A stretch of 64,000 nt of DNA from Nitrospirota bacterium (GTDB lineage Bacteria; Nitrospirota; UBA9217): positions 1 through 64,000 of the forward strand of contig DASPSR010000049.1 in NCBI GenBank assembly GCA_035623825.1, given 5' to 3'. Position numbers and translations under genes: made by a program. Each line of letters begins with the position of its first letter. The stretch's first letter is position 1. Of this stretch, positions 48,480 through 58,383 are shown in pieces. The notes under the pieces are model-generated. The model made no database searches and was not told the origin of the DNA. It saw only the letters and a program-made list of their open reading frames with translations.

Positions 48480-48845
48480 AGCAGAAACGGGGATACATGC
48501 CGTAGAGGACTTCATAATCCGGTTCTTCCTGCGCGCATGACCCCCTCAGTGAGATTCCTGTCCGTCATTGTGTGTCGGGTAGCTGTGCTCCCGCCATGAC
48601 GGATAAGATGCCAAGCAGTATCGATGAACTTCCAGCCATATCATTTTCACTTTGTAAGTGTTTCATCCTCCGCCGCACGAAAGTTCTCTGCTGCGAACAT
48701 CATGGTTAACGTATGATGCCACAGCAAGGCATCTCTTCCCGGCCAAACCTGATCCTTCAGTGTGCTATAAAACTTTTATTGTGCGGGAGCATCACTGACT
48801 GTCCTGAAGGGATTGAATTCGATCAGTTTTGAGACGGCGAAGATG

Positions 48846-48878
48846 GTATTTTATGCCGGAACGGCAATAAAATACTTT
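48846..48878. terminator. Strong AT-flanked hairpin upstream of the patatin promoter
   Basis: GTATTTTAT-GCCG-gaa-CGGC-a-ATAAAATAC followed by TTT. Confidence 0.5.
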
Positions 48879-48904
48879 ACACTCTTTTGACATGATGCTA
48901 TCAT
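48876..48904 (+). promoter_or_regulatory. Putative sigma70 promoter for patatin
   Basis: TTTACA-17 nt-TATCAT with TG extension. Confidence 0.55.
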
Positions 48905-48946
48905 TGTTATCTGAAAAAAGCGATTTTAGGTTCTACTGGAGCATCT

Positions 48947-49909
48947 ATGGAGCCGAAGGTATGTCTGGCGCTGGGGGGTGGGGCGGCGAGGGGACTTGCG
49001 CACTTGGGGGTACTCAAGGTCTTCGAGGATGCCCGAGTGCCGTTCGGCATGATCGCAGGCACCAGCCTGGGCGCTCTGATCGGCGGACTTTACGCGTCGC
49101 AACCCGATGCTAAGTACTGGATGGGCCGGGTGGAGCAGTACGTAAGAAGTTTCCGGTCCCGGAAGACCCGCCTTACGTTCCTCCAGAGACTGGAACAGTC
49201 TGATAACGTGGACCATGGATTCTTCACCGACATGGCCAACCTGATCCGCAAGGGGTACTTCTGGGGGGTCACCGCCACCAAGCCAGCTTTCATTTCCGAA
49301 AAAGAATATGAGGACTTCATCTACCCCTTGATCCCCGATATCACGATCGAGCAGACCAAAATCCCCTTCAGCTGTGTCGCTACGGATATCCGTAACGGTC
49401 ATCGAGTCCTCTATACGAGCGGTTCGCTCCGCAGGGCTATAAGCGCAAGCTGCGCCCTGCCGGGCATATTCCCGCCGGTTGTTGACGGCGATAAACTACT
49501 CGTCGACGGCGGGTGGGTGGAGCGCGTTCCCGTGCACTGTGCCAAGGACTTGGGTGCCGATATTGTCATCGCGGTGGATGTGTCAAGCGAAATCGGCGGG
49601 TTTGAAGATAAGGTGGGGTTGGACGTGGTCCTCCGCGCAGATGCCGTGACCCGTATCTATCTGAACGAGCTGCTTATGGAGAAGGCGGATGTTGTCATCC
49701 ACCCCGAGGTGGGCGCAACGCACTGGGCAGACTTCAGCAATCCGCGGGATCTGTACCGGCAGGGAGAGACCGCGGCTCTTGAAAAACTCGTGACCGTCAA
49801 AACCGTGATACACAGGGCTGCCGTGACCCCTGTTCAGCAGAAAACAATTGCCGAGCAGATTAAAAAGATCACAGACAAGATCATCGAAAAAGTCGTTGGA
49901 GGGAGCTAA
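48947..49909 (+). CDS. Patatin-like phospholipase (RssA/NTE type)
   Basis: GGGAARGLAH, GTSLG nucleophile and VDGG motifs. Confidence 0.93.
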   Translation: MEPKVCLALGGGAARGLAHLGVLKVFEDARVPFGMIAGTSLGALIGGLYASQPDAKYWMGRVEQYVRSFRSRKTRLTFLQRLEQSDNVDHGFFTDMANLIRKGYFWGVTATKPAFISEKEYEDFIYPLIPDITIEQTKIPFSCVATDIRNGHRVLYTSGSLRRAISASCALPGIFPPVVDGDKLLVDGGWVERVPVHCAKDLGADIVIAVDVSSEIGGFEDKVGLDVVLRADAVTRIYLNELLMEKADVVIHPEVGATHWADFSNPRDLYRQGETAALEKLVTVKTVIHRAAVTPVQQKTIAEQIKKITDKIIEKVVGGS

Positions 49910-50266
49910 GTACACGCCGCATCGCACCCGGGCGTTTCGACAGGTATTTTCTCCAGGTATCAACCATTCCTTATCCCAGACAGAGGGGACGACGTTTCAT
50001 TCTTCCGATCCCTCCTTCTCGCGGGTTTCTGACTGCGAACTCGTGTCCGGCATCCCCCGGGTGAATTCCCGGAAGACCGGCTCAGGACGCCAAAGAACCA
50101 GAAGCAACCGGCAGAGAACCGGCCGAAGCGATGAGCGTGGGAGAAGGAAACACGATGGTTCTGGAGTGCCGAATGCGGAACGCTCATTCATTGGTCAATG
50201 GAACCCCGCTATAATAACACCGGCGATCTAGTGTCGGGTAGCTCAAAACGTGGGTATATTCTGAAG

Positions 50267-50965
50267 ATGCATGTGCCAATCATCATTGCACACCGCGGCG
50301 ATTCATCAAGAGCCCTCGAAAATTCGCTTGAAGCGCTTCGCCTTGCGCTCTCTCTCCCCGCAGATATGATTGAGATAGACATACGGAGGAGCCTGGACAA
50401 CGCGCTCTACGTGATGCACGACAAGCACACCGGCAGGACCGCTGACAAAAATGTCGATATAGAACGGTCCACCTCGGAAGAAATATCACGGCTAACGCTG
50501 AAAAACGGTGAACCCATTCCTACACTCACGGATGCTCTCAATGTCGTGGGAGGAAATATTGGCTTGAATCTTGAGATCAAGAGCGATGGAGCGGGGAGGC
50601 TGACGGCCGAGCACCTCCGGGACTTCGAGCATCGGGGTACCGTGCTGATCTCGTCTTTTCTGGAGGCAGAGATCCTATCTGTCCGAGATGTCGCCCCCTT
50701 TATCGCCATATCCGGTATTTTTGATTCATTCACCGTGAAAAATCTTTCAGCGTACCGTGCAAAAGGATACAGCTTGATAAGCCTGAGAAAGCAAACGGTG
50801 AGCAGAGAGTTGATAAAAGCCTGTCACGATCACGATGTCAAAGTATACGTCTGGACAATCAATGGAGAGGACGAGATGGAGAAATTTATACTCTGGGAGG
50901 TGGACGGTATTTACACCAATAAGCCGTCAGTATTAAAAGGCCTGCTGCACGGATTGCAGCGGTGA
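50267..50965 (+). CDS. Glycerophosphodiester phosphodiesterase (start uncertain)
   Basis: IIAHRG...ENS, IEIDI, VMHD, NLEIK, ISSF, WTIN and VDGIYTN motifs. Confidence 0.92.
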   Translation: MHVPIIIAHRGDSSRALENSLEALRLALSLPADMIEIDIRRSLDNALYVMHDKHTGRTADKNVDIERSTSEEISRLTLKNGEPIPTLTDALNVVGGNIGLNLEIKSDGAGRLTAEHLRDFEHRGTVLISSFLEAEILSVRDVAPFIAISGIFDSFTVKNLSAYRAKGYSLISLRKQTVSRELIKACHDHDVKVYVWTINGEDEMEKFILWEVDGIYTNKPSVLKGLLHGLQR

Positions 50966-50976
50966 GGGGGGCAGGC

Positions 50977-52584
50977 ATGTCCGGTAATGGCGATCCCAGC
51001 CTCGATCGAACCTTCGACATTATCGTGATTGGCGGGGGCATTACGGGCGCCGGCACCGCACGGGACGCGGCGCTTCGCGGTCTTTCCTGTTTGCTCCTCG
51101 AAAAAGGAGACTTCGCTTCGGGCGTGACGTCCAGATCCACTCGCCTGATTCATGGAGGCCTGCGGTATCTGGCGAATTTCGAGATGGGTCTGGTAGCCGA
51201 GTCTCTCCGCGAACGAGCCATCTTACGCCGGCAGGCGCCTTATCTCATTCATCCTATGCCAATACTCATTCCCATCTATAAGGGCGATCAGCATGGAAGA
51301 ACGGTCATTTCCATCGGTATCCATCTTTATGATATGCTGTCACACGAGAAGGAAATCCCGCACTATTTTGTCTGCGGGAGAGAAAAAGCGTTGCGATTCG
51401 AGCCTCGCCTGAACCAGGAAGGCCTCAAAGGCAGTGCACTGTTCTACGACCATCAGATCATGATGCCAGAACGACTCGTAATCGAGAACATAATTGGAGC
51501 CCGCGAAGCAGGGGCCAAAATGCTGAACTATGTTCGCGCAGAGAGGATCGAAGAGACGAACACCGGCATCGCTGTCGCGGCGCGGGACGTTCTAACAAAT
51601 CGGGCACATACCTTCCGCTCGAAAGTCCTGATCAATGCGGCAGGCCCATGGATAGATATGGTTCGGGCGGCCGGACACATCGATACCAACAGAATCATAT
51701 TCCCGACGAAAGGGATCCATCTCGTTTTCCCTAAATTCTCCGAGCAAGCTTTGTTCGTTTCAGCCCGGGACGGAAGGATGTTCTTTATCATTCCTCTTGA
51801 TGCGTACTCTCTCATTGGCACGACGGATACGAGATACCAGGGCGATCTGGATGAGGTGCATGCCGACAGCGATGATGTGAACTACCTCCTCGTTCAAAGC
51901 AGGCGAATCCTGCCGGGTATGAACCTCACACGAGAGAGGATCCTTTATACGTATGCGGGGATACGACCGCTCGCCTTTTCGGGATCGAGCGAGTCCAAAA
52001 TATCACGCAAGCATCGGGTCATCAGGGAGGGGAGGAACAAAAGGGTCATCACAATCGCGGGAGGCAAACTCACAACCTACCGGGCAATGGCGAAAGACGT
52101 CATGGATGCGGCGTGCGGGACGCTGGGCGTGAAGAGCGTCTGCATCACAGATAAGAAGCCATTGGCTGGCGGCCTGCCTACTGGGTACGATGATTACCTG
52201 AAGGCAGCCGTGCCTGAGATGTCGGCACGGCATAAGCTTAGCGTGGAGACTGTGCGCCATTTAATCCAGCTCTACGGCTCGCGAGCACAACGGGTGCTCG
52301 ATCTCGTCGCGATGGATCCGGACCTGGGTGAGGCCATCTCACCAGAGAGCAGGGACATCTATGCCCAGGTTTTGTACAGCGTACTGGAGGAAGGTGCGAA
52401 GACTCTTTCCGACATCATTCTCCGCAGGTTGCATCTCGGGATGACTGGAACACGAGGGCAGAAGCAGGCAGAAAAGATCGCCGAAATCGCGGGGAAAGAA
52501 CTCGGGTGGTGCCGGGAAGAAGTGCGACATTATGTGGATGATTTCAAAAAGGAACTGATCAAGGACAATGCGTGTCTGAAATAA
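50977..52584 (+). CDS. glpD: FAD-dependent glycerol-3-phosphate dehydrogenase
   Basis: GGGITG, SRSTRLIHGGLRYL, NAAGPW, IGTTD, GIRPL and GGKLTTYR motifs. Confidence 0.93.
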   Translation: MSGNGDPSLDRTFDIIVIGGGITGAGTARDAALRGLSCLLLEKGDFASGVTSRSTRLIHGGLRYLANFEMGLVAESLRERAILRRQAPYLIHPMPILIPIYKGDQHGRTVISIGIHLYDMLSHEKEIPHYFVCGREKALRFEPRLNQEGLKGSALFYDHQIMMPERLVIENIIGAREAGAKMLNYVRAERIEETNTGIAVAARDVLTNRAHTFRSKVLINAAGPWIDMVRAAGHIDTNRIIFPTKGIHLVFPKFSEQALFVSARDGRMFFIIPLDAYSLIGTTDTRYQGDLDEVHADSDDVNYLLVQSRRILPGMNLTRERILYTYAGIRPLAFSGSSESKISRKHRVIREGRNKRVITIAGGKLTTYRAMAKDVMDAACGTLGVKSVCITDKKPLAGGLPTGYDDYLKAAVPEMSARHKLSVETVRHLIQLYGSRAQRVLDLVAMDPDLGEAISPESRDIYAQVLYSVLEEGAKTLSDIILRRLHLGMTGTRGQKQAEKIAEIAGKELGWCREEVRHYVDDFKKELIKDNACLK

Positions 52585-52645
52585 TCGGGCATACAAGATC
52601 AAAACGAGGCAGCATGGTCATCCGGTAACGGATGGAGAACTTCCT

Positions 52646-53095
52646 ATGAACTGGGCGCATGTGCATCTCATGATAAATCATTTTCCGGTCATCGGTACTC
52701 TTGGGGCTGTTCTTCTGCTCGTTTATGCTCTTGTCAGGAAAAGCGAAGATGTGAAGAAAGTGAGCTTGGGCCTGTTCGTGCTCATCGCATTGACGACCCT
52801 TGCTGTATATTTCACGGGTCAGAAAGCCGAAGAAGCGGTCAAGAATCTTCCAGGTGTAACCGAAGCCTATATCAGCAGGCACGAGGAAGCGGCTTCTCTT
52901 GCGCTTGTGTTGATGGGAGCGCTGGGCGCCATAGCCTTCGTCGGGCTTTTCCTGCTCCGACGATCCGGCTCCATACCGAGATGGGTCGTGATCTTGGTAC
53001 TCGTGTTGTCTCTGGTTGTCGCGGGAGCCGTCGGCCTGACGACGAACCTTGGCGGCCAGATCCGCCATCCTGAAATTCGGGACCATGCTAAATGA
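52646..53095 (+). CDS. Four-TM His-containing membrane protein (DUF2231-like)
   Basis: AHVHLMINHFP N-terminus, RHEE and GGQIRHPEIR. Confidence 0.7.
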   Translation: MNWAHVHLMINHFPVIGTLGAVLLLVYALVRKSEDVKKVSLGLFVLIALTTLAVYFTGQKAEEAVKNLPGVTEAYISRHEEAASLALVLMGALGAIAFVGLFLLRRSGSIPRWVVILVLVLSLVVAGAVGLTTNLGGQIRHPEIRDHAK

Positions 53096-53150
53096 GATAT
53101 AGTACGTCTCTTTTTTAAATATTCGTGGGGAGGAAATCACCGGAGGTCTT

Positions 53151-54050
53151 ATGGCTCAGTTGATGAAAGGGATCGATATTTCTTCAAAGATCATAGCGGC
53201 GGTCAAGGAAGAGACTGCCCGGCTCTCGAAGCACGGCATTCGGGCTGGCCTGGCTCTAATGCTCGTAGGTGATGACAGGTCATCCTACATGTACTATCAG
53301 GCTATCCAAAGCGCAGCGGTACGGGTCGGGATCGATATCTTTAACCATACCTTACCCGCCACAGCGTCCATGAACGAGATTTTGAATCTGATAAAAACGC
53401 TCAACAACGACGAGCGAGCAAACGGCATCCTCGTATTCATGCCGCTTCCTCCTCACATCGACACCAGAAAGGTAGTAAACGCTATCGCGCCTGAAAAGGA
53501 CGTCGATGGACAGGGCGCAATTTCTGTTGGCCGTCTTTCGGCGGATGAGTCTACGTCCCAGCTCTTCGAGTCCGGGATTACTCTGTCCGTCAGGTCAACC
53601 TTTCTTCCATGTACGCCTTACGGCGTCATGAGGATGTTGGAACATTACGGCGTTGATCTTAAGTCGAAGAAGGTTGTGATAGTCGGCAAAAGCTTGGCAG
53701 TTGGCAAACCGCTCGCGATGATGATGCTCGCCAAGGAGGCTACAGTCACCGTCTGCCATCGTGAGACCAAGGACCTCGGCGGTGAGACCAGACTGGCCGA
53801 TATTCTTTGCACCGCGACCGGACGACCGGGTCTGATTAAGGCTGACATGGTAAAAGAAGGTGCGGTTGTTGTGGACATCGGGATCAACGTCTTGCGGGAC
53901 GGAAGGACTGTAGGGGACGTCGATTTTGAGCCGGTCTCGAAGAAGACATCCCTCATTACACCCGTACCCGGAGGAGTTGGCCCAGTGACCATTGGCATCC
54001 TTCTGAGAAACACGGTTGTTTCCGCCAAACGCATGGTAGGTGTTGGCTGA
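53151..54050 (+). CDS. folD: FolD-family methylene-THF dehydrogenase (divergent)
   Basis: KDVDG, PCTP, GDVDF and ITPVPGGVGPVT motifs; the cyclohydrolase Lys and Gln are substituted. Confidence 0.9.
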   Translation: MAQLMKGIDISSKIIAAVKEETARLSKHGIRAGLALMLVGDDRSSYMYYQAIQSAAVRVGIDIFNHTLPATASMNEILNLIKTLNNDERANGILVFMPLPPHIDTRKVVNAIAPEKDVDGQGAISVGRLSADESTSQLFESGITLSVRSTFLPCTPYGVMRMLEHYGVDLKSKKVVIVGKSLAVGKPLAMMMLAKEATVTVCHRETKDLGGETRLADILCTATGRPGLIKADMVKEGAVVVDIGINVLRDGRTVGDVDFEPVSKKTSLITPVPGGVGPVTIGILLRNTVVSAKRMVGVG

Positions 54051-54217
54051 TGCGAGGAGACCGGGATCAGAAAGCAGCGGAAGGAAGTCTATTCTCTTGA
54101 TATCCGGTCGCATTGCGGTCGGGATAAACAAGAACGGCGCCGGCGGACAAATATCTGCCGCACAAAATGCCCGTGCCGATCACCGGTTGTGAGCTGTCCC
54201 GCGGACCGCTGAAAAAG

Positions 54218-55399
54218 CTATTTCGGGGAGACCTTCAGTTCCAGGGAATTCGCCGTCGAGTTCACGACTTCGACCGTAAAAGCGCCGAAATCCCTGAGCA
54301 GCAGATCATCGGAAAGGGTCTGGGTGCTCACCTTGGAATCAACCGATATTCGTGCTGTCGTCCCGTTAAAGCTCCGCTCATGTAAATCCTTAATGCCGCG
54401 GACCTGGTTCCTGAGCACGTCTTTGAACTTCACGAACTGGGTTTTATTCAGGCCCGTTATTGTGATGTCGACAGACCTCGTACCGCCTGCCTCCCGGGAG
54501 TAGACGGCGAGAATCTTCTCCATCATCTGCTCCGCTGCCTGATTTGACGCTTTCTTAAGAGCATCGATTCCAGCGGTGGTATCAGTGATGTGCACGGCGG
54601 CGGCGTGGGTAGTTACCGTCGCTATCACCTGGCCCGTATCGGTGCGAATCGCCTTGGCAGAAAGGTCAGCCTGCACCGATTTCATCCCACCTCCGACATC
54701 GCCGTACAATTTGGCAACCGCGTTGCCCACGATCACGACCTCGGCGTCTGCCTGATTGCCCAGCGTCTTGGCCTGTTCAGCAGAAAGGTTCTGGATTTTA
54801 TATGCCGCAGTCACCTTGATCTCTTTTGCGGCAGCAGCGTGGTCGATAAATTCAAAACCCTTTTGCGTAAAAACATCCATGAAAGTGTTCTCCACGACGC
54901 CGATATCCGTCTGCTCTCCCTGATATCCCCACCACCAGGCGTGCCACTCGCGTCCGACATTCTGTTCAGCGATCATGATCATGGTCCGGGGCTTATGCAT
55001 CTGGCCGAGGAGAATGCCGATGGCGGAAAGATCGTTGTTTAGCTGGCCCAGAGCGACCTCGGCGTTTATACGGACACGCAGCAGTCCATTGTCTGTGGTC
55101 TCGCTCGCGATATTATAATGCTTGATGTACCCCTTTGTCTGCGAGAGGATCTTGTCGCTGATGAGCTGATAGTTCTCGACCTGGGTCTGAGAATCGATCA
55201 GGATGCCGACAGCCATTTCGACCGCCCTCTTTTGGGCGTCCTCAAGCGCGGCATCGCGTGCCATGTCGACCGCTCCCTGCTGTATCGCAGCAACACCCTC
55301 AGCCGTTACTACCTTCGTCTCCTGGGCCGAAGCAGCGTGTGTGAACATCAGCAACCATAGAGATAGAGGCAAAACCCATAATCTTGTGACGCGCACCAT
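54218..55399 (-). CDS. Secreted protein with FlgT N-terminal-like domain
   Basis: SD AAGGAGGT before ATG 55399; signal peptide ending ASA; VTAEGVA...ARDAALEDAQKRAVE...GILIDSQT...GYI pattern. Confidence 0.75.
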   Translation of the reverse strand: MVRVTRLWVLPLSLWLLMFTHAASAQETKVVTAEGVAAIQQGAVDMARDAALEDAQKRAVEMAVGILIDSQTQVENYQLISDKILSQTKGYIKHYNIASETTDNGLLRVRINAEVALGQLNNDLSAIGILLGQMHKPRTMIMIAEQNVGREWHAWWWGYQGEQTDIGVVENTFMDVFTQKGFEFIDHAAAAKEIKVTAAYKIQNLSAEQAKTLGNQADAEVVIVGNAVAKLYGDVGGGMKSVQADLSAKAIRTDTGQVIATVTTHAAAVHITDTTAGIDALKKASNQAAEQMMEKILAVYSREAGGTRSVDITITGLNKTQFVKFKDVLRNQVRGIKDLHERSFNGTTARISVDSKVSTQTLSDDLLLRDFGAFTVEVVNSTANSLELKVSPK

Positions 55400-55585
55400 C
55401 TGGCTACCTCCTTCGAACATATACGTAACTATATCAGAGACGACCTGTGCGGTCAAGGCCAGAGGTACCGAACCCCAACCACCGGAAAGGTGTTCAGTAG
55501 AGCCCGTTGGCACAAATTTTCTGGATATTTTGGAGGAGAGGTGATAAAATTTGAAAAACGAGAAATTTGAGCGAGGAATCGCTTC

Positions 55586-56296
55586 ATGTCCAGGCTGTCC
55601 GTGAATATCGACCATATAGCTACGATTCGGCAGGCGAGAAAGGGTGTCGAACCCGACCCGATTGCCGCGGCCGTAATCGCCGAACTAGCAGGCGCAGATG
55701 GTATCATCGCGCACCTCCGGGAAGACCGGCGACATATTCATGACCGCGACCTGAAGCTGCTCCGCGAGATTGTGCAGACCAAGCTGAACCTCGAAATGGC
55801 TGCAACCGAAGAGATGCGGCTGATCGCGGTACAAACCAAACCGGATATGGCAACGCTTGTGCCGGAGAGAAGGGAAGAGCTTACGACCGAAGGAGGGCTC
55901 GAAGTGGCTTCCCGTGTCCCTTTTCTTACTGAGTATGTCGCACATCTCAGGCGAGGAGGGATTGCCGTCAGCCTCTTTATCGATCCTGACGAAGAGCAGA
56001 TCGAGGCGTCGAAAAGGACCGGCGCGGACTGGGTGGAGATACACACGGGCGCGTACGCGAACGCCAGGGCCGGAAAAGAGCGCGAACGGGAACTCTTGAA
56101 GATCGTAGAGAGCGCAAGGCTCGCGGCAAGCCTGGGACTACGCGTGGGCGCAGGCCACGGCTTGAACTATTCGAACGTGCAGCAGATTTCCCGGATTTCT
56201 GAAGTGCAAGAGCTGAACATCGGCCACAGCATTATTTCACGAGCATCGCTCGTCGGGCTTGAGCGTGCCGTGAGAGAGATGAAGCAATTACTTTGA
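55586..56296 (+). CDS. pdxJ: Pyridoxine 5'-phosphate synthase
   Basis: [33 protein letters not shown] and NIGHSI motifs. Confidence 0.97.
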   Translation: MSRLSVNIDHIATIRQARKGVEPDPIAAAVIAELAGADGIIAHLREDRRHIHDRDLKLLREIVQTKLNLEMAATEEMRLIAVQTKPDMATLVPERREELTTEGGLEVASRVPFLTEYVAHLRRGGIAVSLFIDPDEEQIEASKRTGADWVEIHTGAYANARAGKERERELLKIVESARLAASLGLRVGAGHGLNYSNVQQISRISEVQELNIGHSIISRASLVGLERAVREMKQLL

Positions 56297-56340
56297 TTTT
56301 TCAGCTTTGAATTTTGAGTTTGCGGTGCATGGAGGGAGAC

Positions 56341-56745
56341 ATGATCATCGGTATCGGTATTGACCTGGTGAAGATCGACCGTATCGACAAGGCTGGAAAG
56401 AATCATTCAGGATTTATTGAGAGAGTATTCACTGAGCGGGAGCGTGCATACTGCTCCCGGCAAAAATTTCCGGCGCAGCACTATGCGGGCAGGTTTGCGG
56501 CCAAAGAGGCCGTGCTCAAGGCCATCGGCACGGGGTGGAGCGCCGGCGTGAAGTGGACGGATATCGAGGTGCTTCATGGCGACGGCGGAGGTCCGATCGT
56601 AAACATATCCGGGAGGATCAAGGACCTCATGGACCTTAAAGGCGTCAAGCAAATACTGCTCAGCTACTCCCATGATGAAGGTTATGCCGTGGCTCATGTG
56701 GTGCTCGCGGGAGGCACGGTACATTCGGCAAGTGAACCGCGATAG
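56341..56745 (+). CDS. acpS: Holo-ACP synthase
   Basis: GIGIDLV, AGRFAAKEA and SYSHD motifs. Confidence 0.96.
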   Translation: MIIGIGIDLVKIDRIDKAGKNHSGFIERVFTERERAYCSRQKFPAQHYAGRFAAKEAVLKAIGTGWSAGVKWTDIEVLHGDGGGPIVNISGRIKDLMDLKGVKQILLSYSHDEGYAVAHVVLAGGTVHSASEPR

Positions 56746-56790
56746 AAAGTGTTTGTGGTAAGCGCTCACCCTCATGAACGGGAAAAACTG

Positions 56791-58332
56791 ATGAAGATTG
56801 CTACAGCAGCGCAGATGAGGAACATCGACCGCAGGGCGATCAAGGAATTCGGCATCCCCGGTCCGGTCCTTATGGAGAACGCGGCAGCGTCCGTTATGGC
56901 CGAGATGGACTCCTTCTTCGACGGTCTTGCCGGCGTGAAAGTCGGCATCATCTGCGGCAAGGGCAACAACGGCGGAGACGGCATGGCTTTGGCCCGGCGG
57001 CTCATGATACGCGGCGTGCCGGTTCGGGTAGCGTTGCTTGCCTCCTTCGGCACAGTCACGGGTGAAGCGAAGGTCAATCTGTCCATCCTCAGGAAGACAT
57101 GTGTCGAGATTATCGAAAATGCGTCGACAGGTGCCATTGCCGATGTTGTAGCGTGGTCCGATATTCTGGTCGACGCGCTCATCGGCGTAGGTCTCTCAAC
57201 GGCCCTCACGGGGACCTATGCTTTTGCCGTGGAGATGATGAATGCGTCGGGTAAACCTCTGGTTGCCGTAGACATGCCCACCGGCATCAACGCCGACACG
57301 GGTGATGTCATGGGATCGGCGATCAGGGCTGACCTTACGGTCACATTCGCGCTCCTTAAGCGCGGACTCGCGCTCCATCCTGGCGCGCGGCATGCCGGAA
57401 CGGTGCGGATTGCCGATATCGGCATCCCGTTCGAGGTCATGGAAAAGGAAAAAATTAACACTCATCTTTTAGATCGCGGGTACGCATGGGGTCTTCTCGG
57501 CCGCCGAGCCCCGGATTCGCACAAGGGCGATTTCGGCCACCTCATGGTCGTTGCCGGTTCACTCGGAAAGGCCGGGGCGGCGGTCATGGCCGCCCGCGGC
57601 GCCCTTCGGGCCGGCGCAGGACTCGTGAGCGTTGCCACGCCGAACAGCCTCGTCTCCATTATTCAACAGCAAATTTTCGAGGCCATGTGCATTCCATCAG
57701 CGGAAAGCATCGACGGGACATTTGGCATTGGAGCAGAGGATGAACTGCTCAAGGCTGCTGCGAGGCTGAGCGCCTGTGCTGTCGGACCTGGTCTTTCGAC
57801 CCACTATGAGACGGTCCAAATGGTGCGGATGCTGGTTCAACGTCTTACCATCCCAATGGTGATTGACGCAGACGCGATAAACGCTCTTGCCGGCTCTCTC
57901 GATGTGCTCAAGAAGACCAAAGCGCCTGTCATCATGACGCCTCATCCCGGCGAACTGGGCAGGCTTCTCGGCATCTCATCCGGAGATGTGCAGAAGGACA
58001 GGATTGGCGTTGCAGCCGCTTTCGCCGCGAAATACAAGATAATACTCGTGCTCAAAGGCGCTGGCACGGTGATAGCGATTCCCGACGGCCGTCTGTTCGT
58101 CAACTCCACGGGGAACCCCGGCATGGCGACGGGCGGCACGGGTGATGTGCTTACCGGTATGATTGGCAGCCTTTTGGCGCAGGGATATACCGCAGCGGAA
58201 GCATCATGCCTGGGTGTCTATCTCCACGGCTTGGCAGGCGACCTGGCTGCGAAGGAGAAAGGCGAGACAGGCATGATTGCCGGGGATCTGATAGAGAAGA
58301 TCCCGGATGCGATAAGCGAAGCCATGAAATGA
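56791..58332 (+). CDS. nnr: Bifunctional NAD(P)HX epimerase/dehydratase
   Basis: LMENA, CGKGNNGGDG, HKGDFG, DADA, TPHPGE and GGTGDVL motifs. Confidence 0.95.
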   Translation: MKIATAAQMRNIDRRAIKEFGIPGPVLMENAAASVMAEMDSFFDGLAGVKVGIICGKGNNGGDGMALARRLMIRGVPVRVALLASFGTVTGEAKVNLSILRKTCVEIIENASTGAIADVVAWSDILVDALIGVGLSTALTGTYAFAVEMMNASGKPLVAVDMPTGINADTGDVMGSAIRADLTVTFALLKRGLALHPGARHAGTVRIADIGIPFEVMEKEKINTHLLDRGYAWGLLGRRAPDSHKGDFGHLMVVAGSLGKAGAAVMAARGALRAGAGLVSVATPNSLVSIIQQQIFEAMCIPSAESIDGTFGIGAEDELLKAAARLSACAVGPGLSTHYETVQMVRMLVQRLTIPMVIDADAINALAGSLDVLKKTKAPVIMTPHPGELGRLLGISSGDVQKDRIGVAAAFAAKYKIILVLKGAGTVIAIPDGRLFVNSTGNPGMATGGTGDVLTGMIGSLLAQGYTAAEASCLGVYLHGLAGDLAAKEKGETGMIAGDLIEKIPDAISEAMK

Positions 58333-58383
58333 TCCCGGCAAAAAGAGCGAAAGTGTAAAATTCAGAACAATGGTGGTGACATC

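Noticed and set aside
49910-50266. Short ORFs between patatin and GDPD
   Set aside because: Overlapping ORFs on both strands without motifs or ribosome-binding sites.
55400-55615. N-terminal extension of the 54218-55615 ORF (similarly 13534 for spoIID and 30908 for IID)
   Set aside because: Longest-ORF artefacts; downstream starts fit the SD, signal peptide or family N-terminus better.
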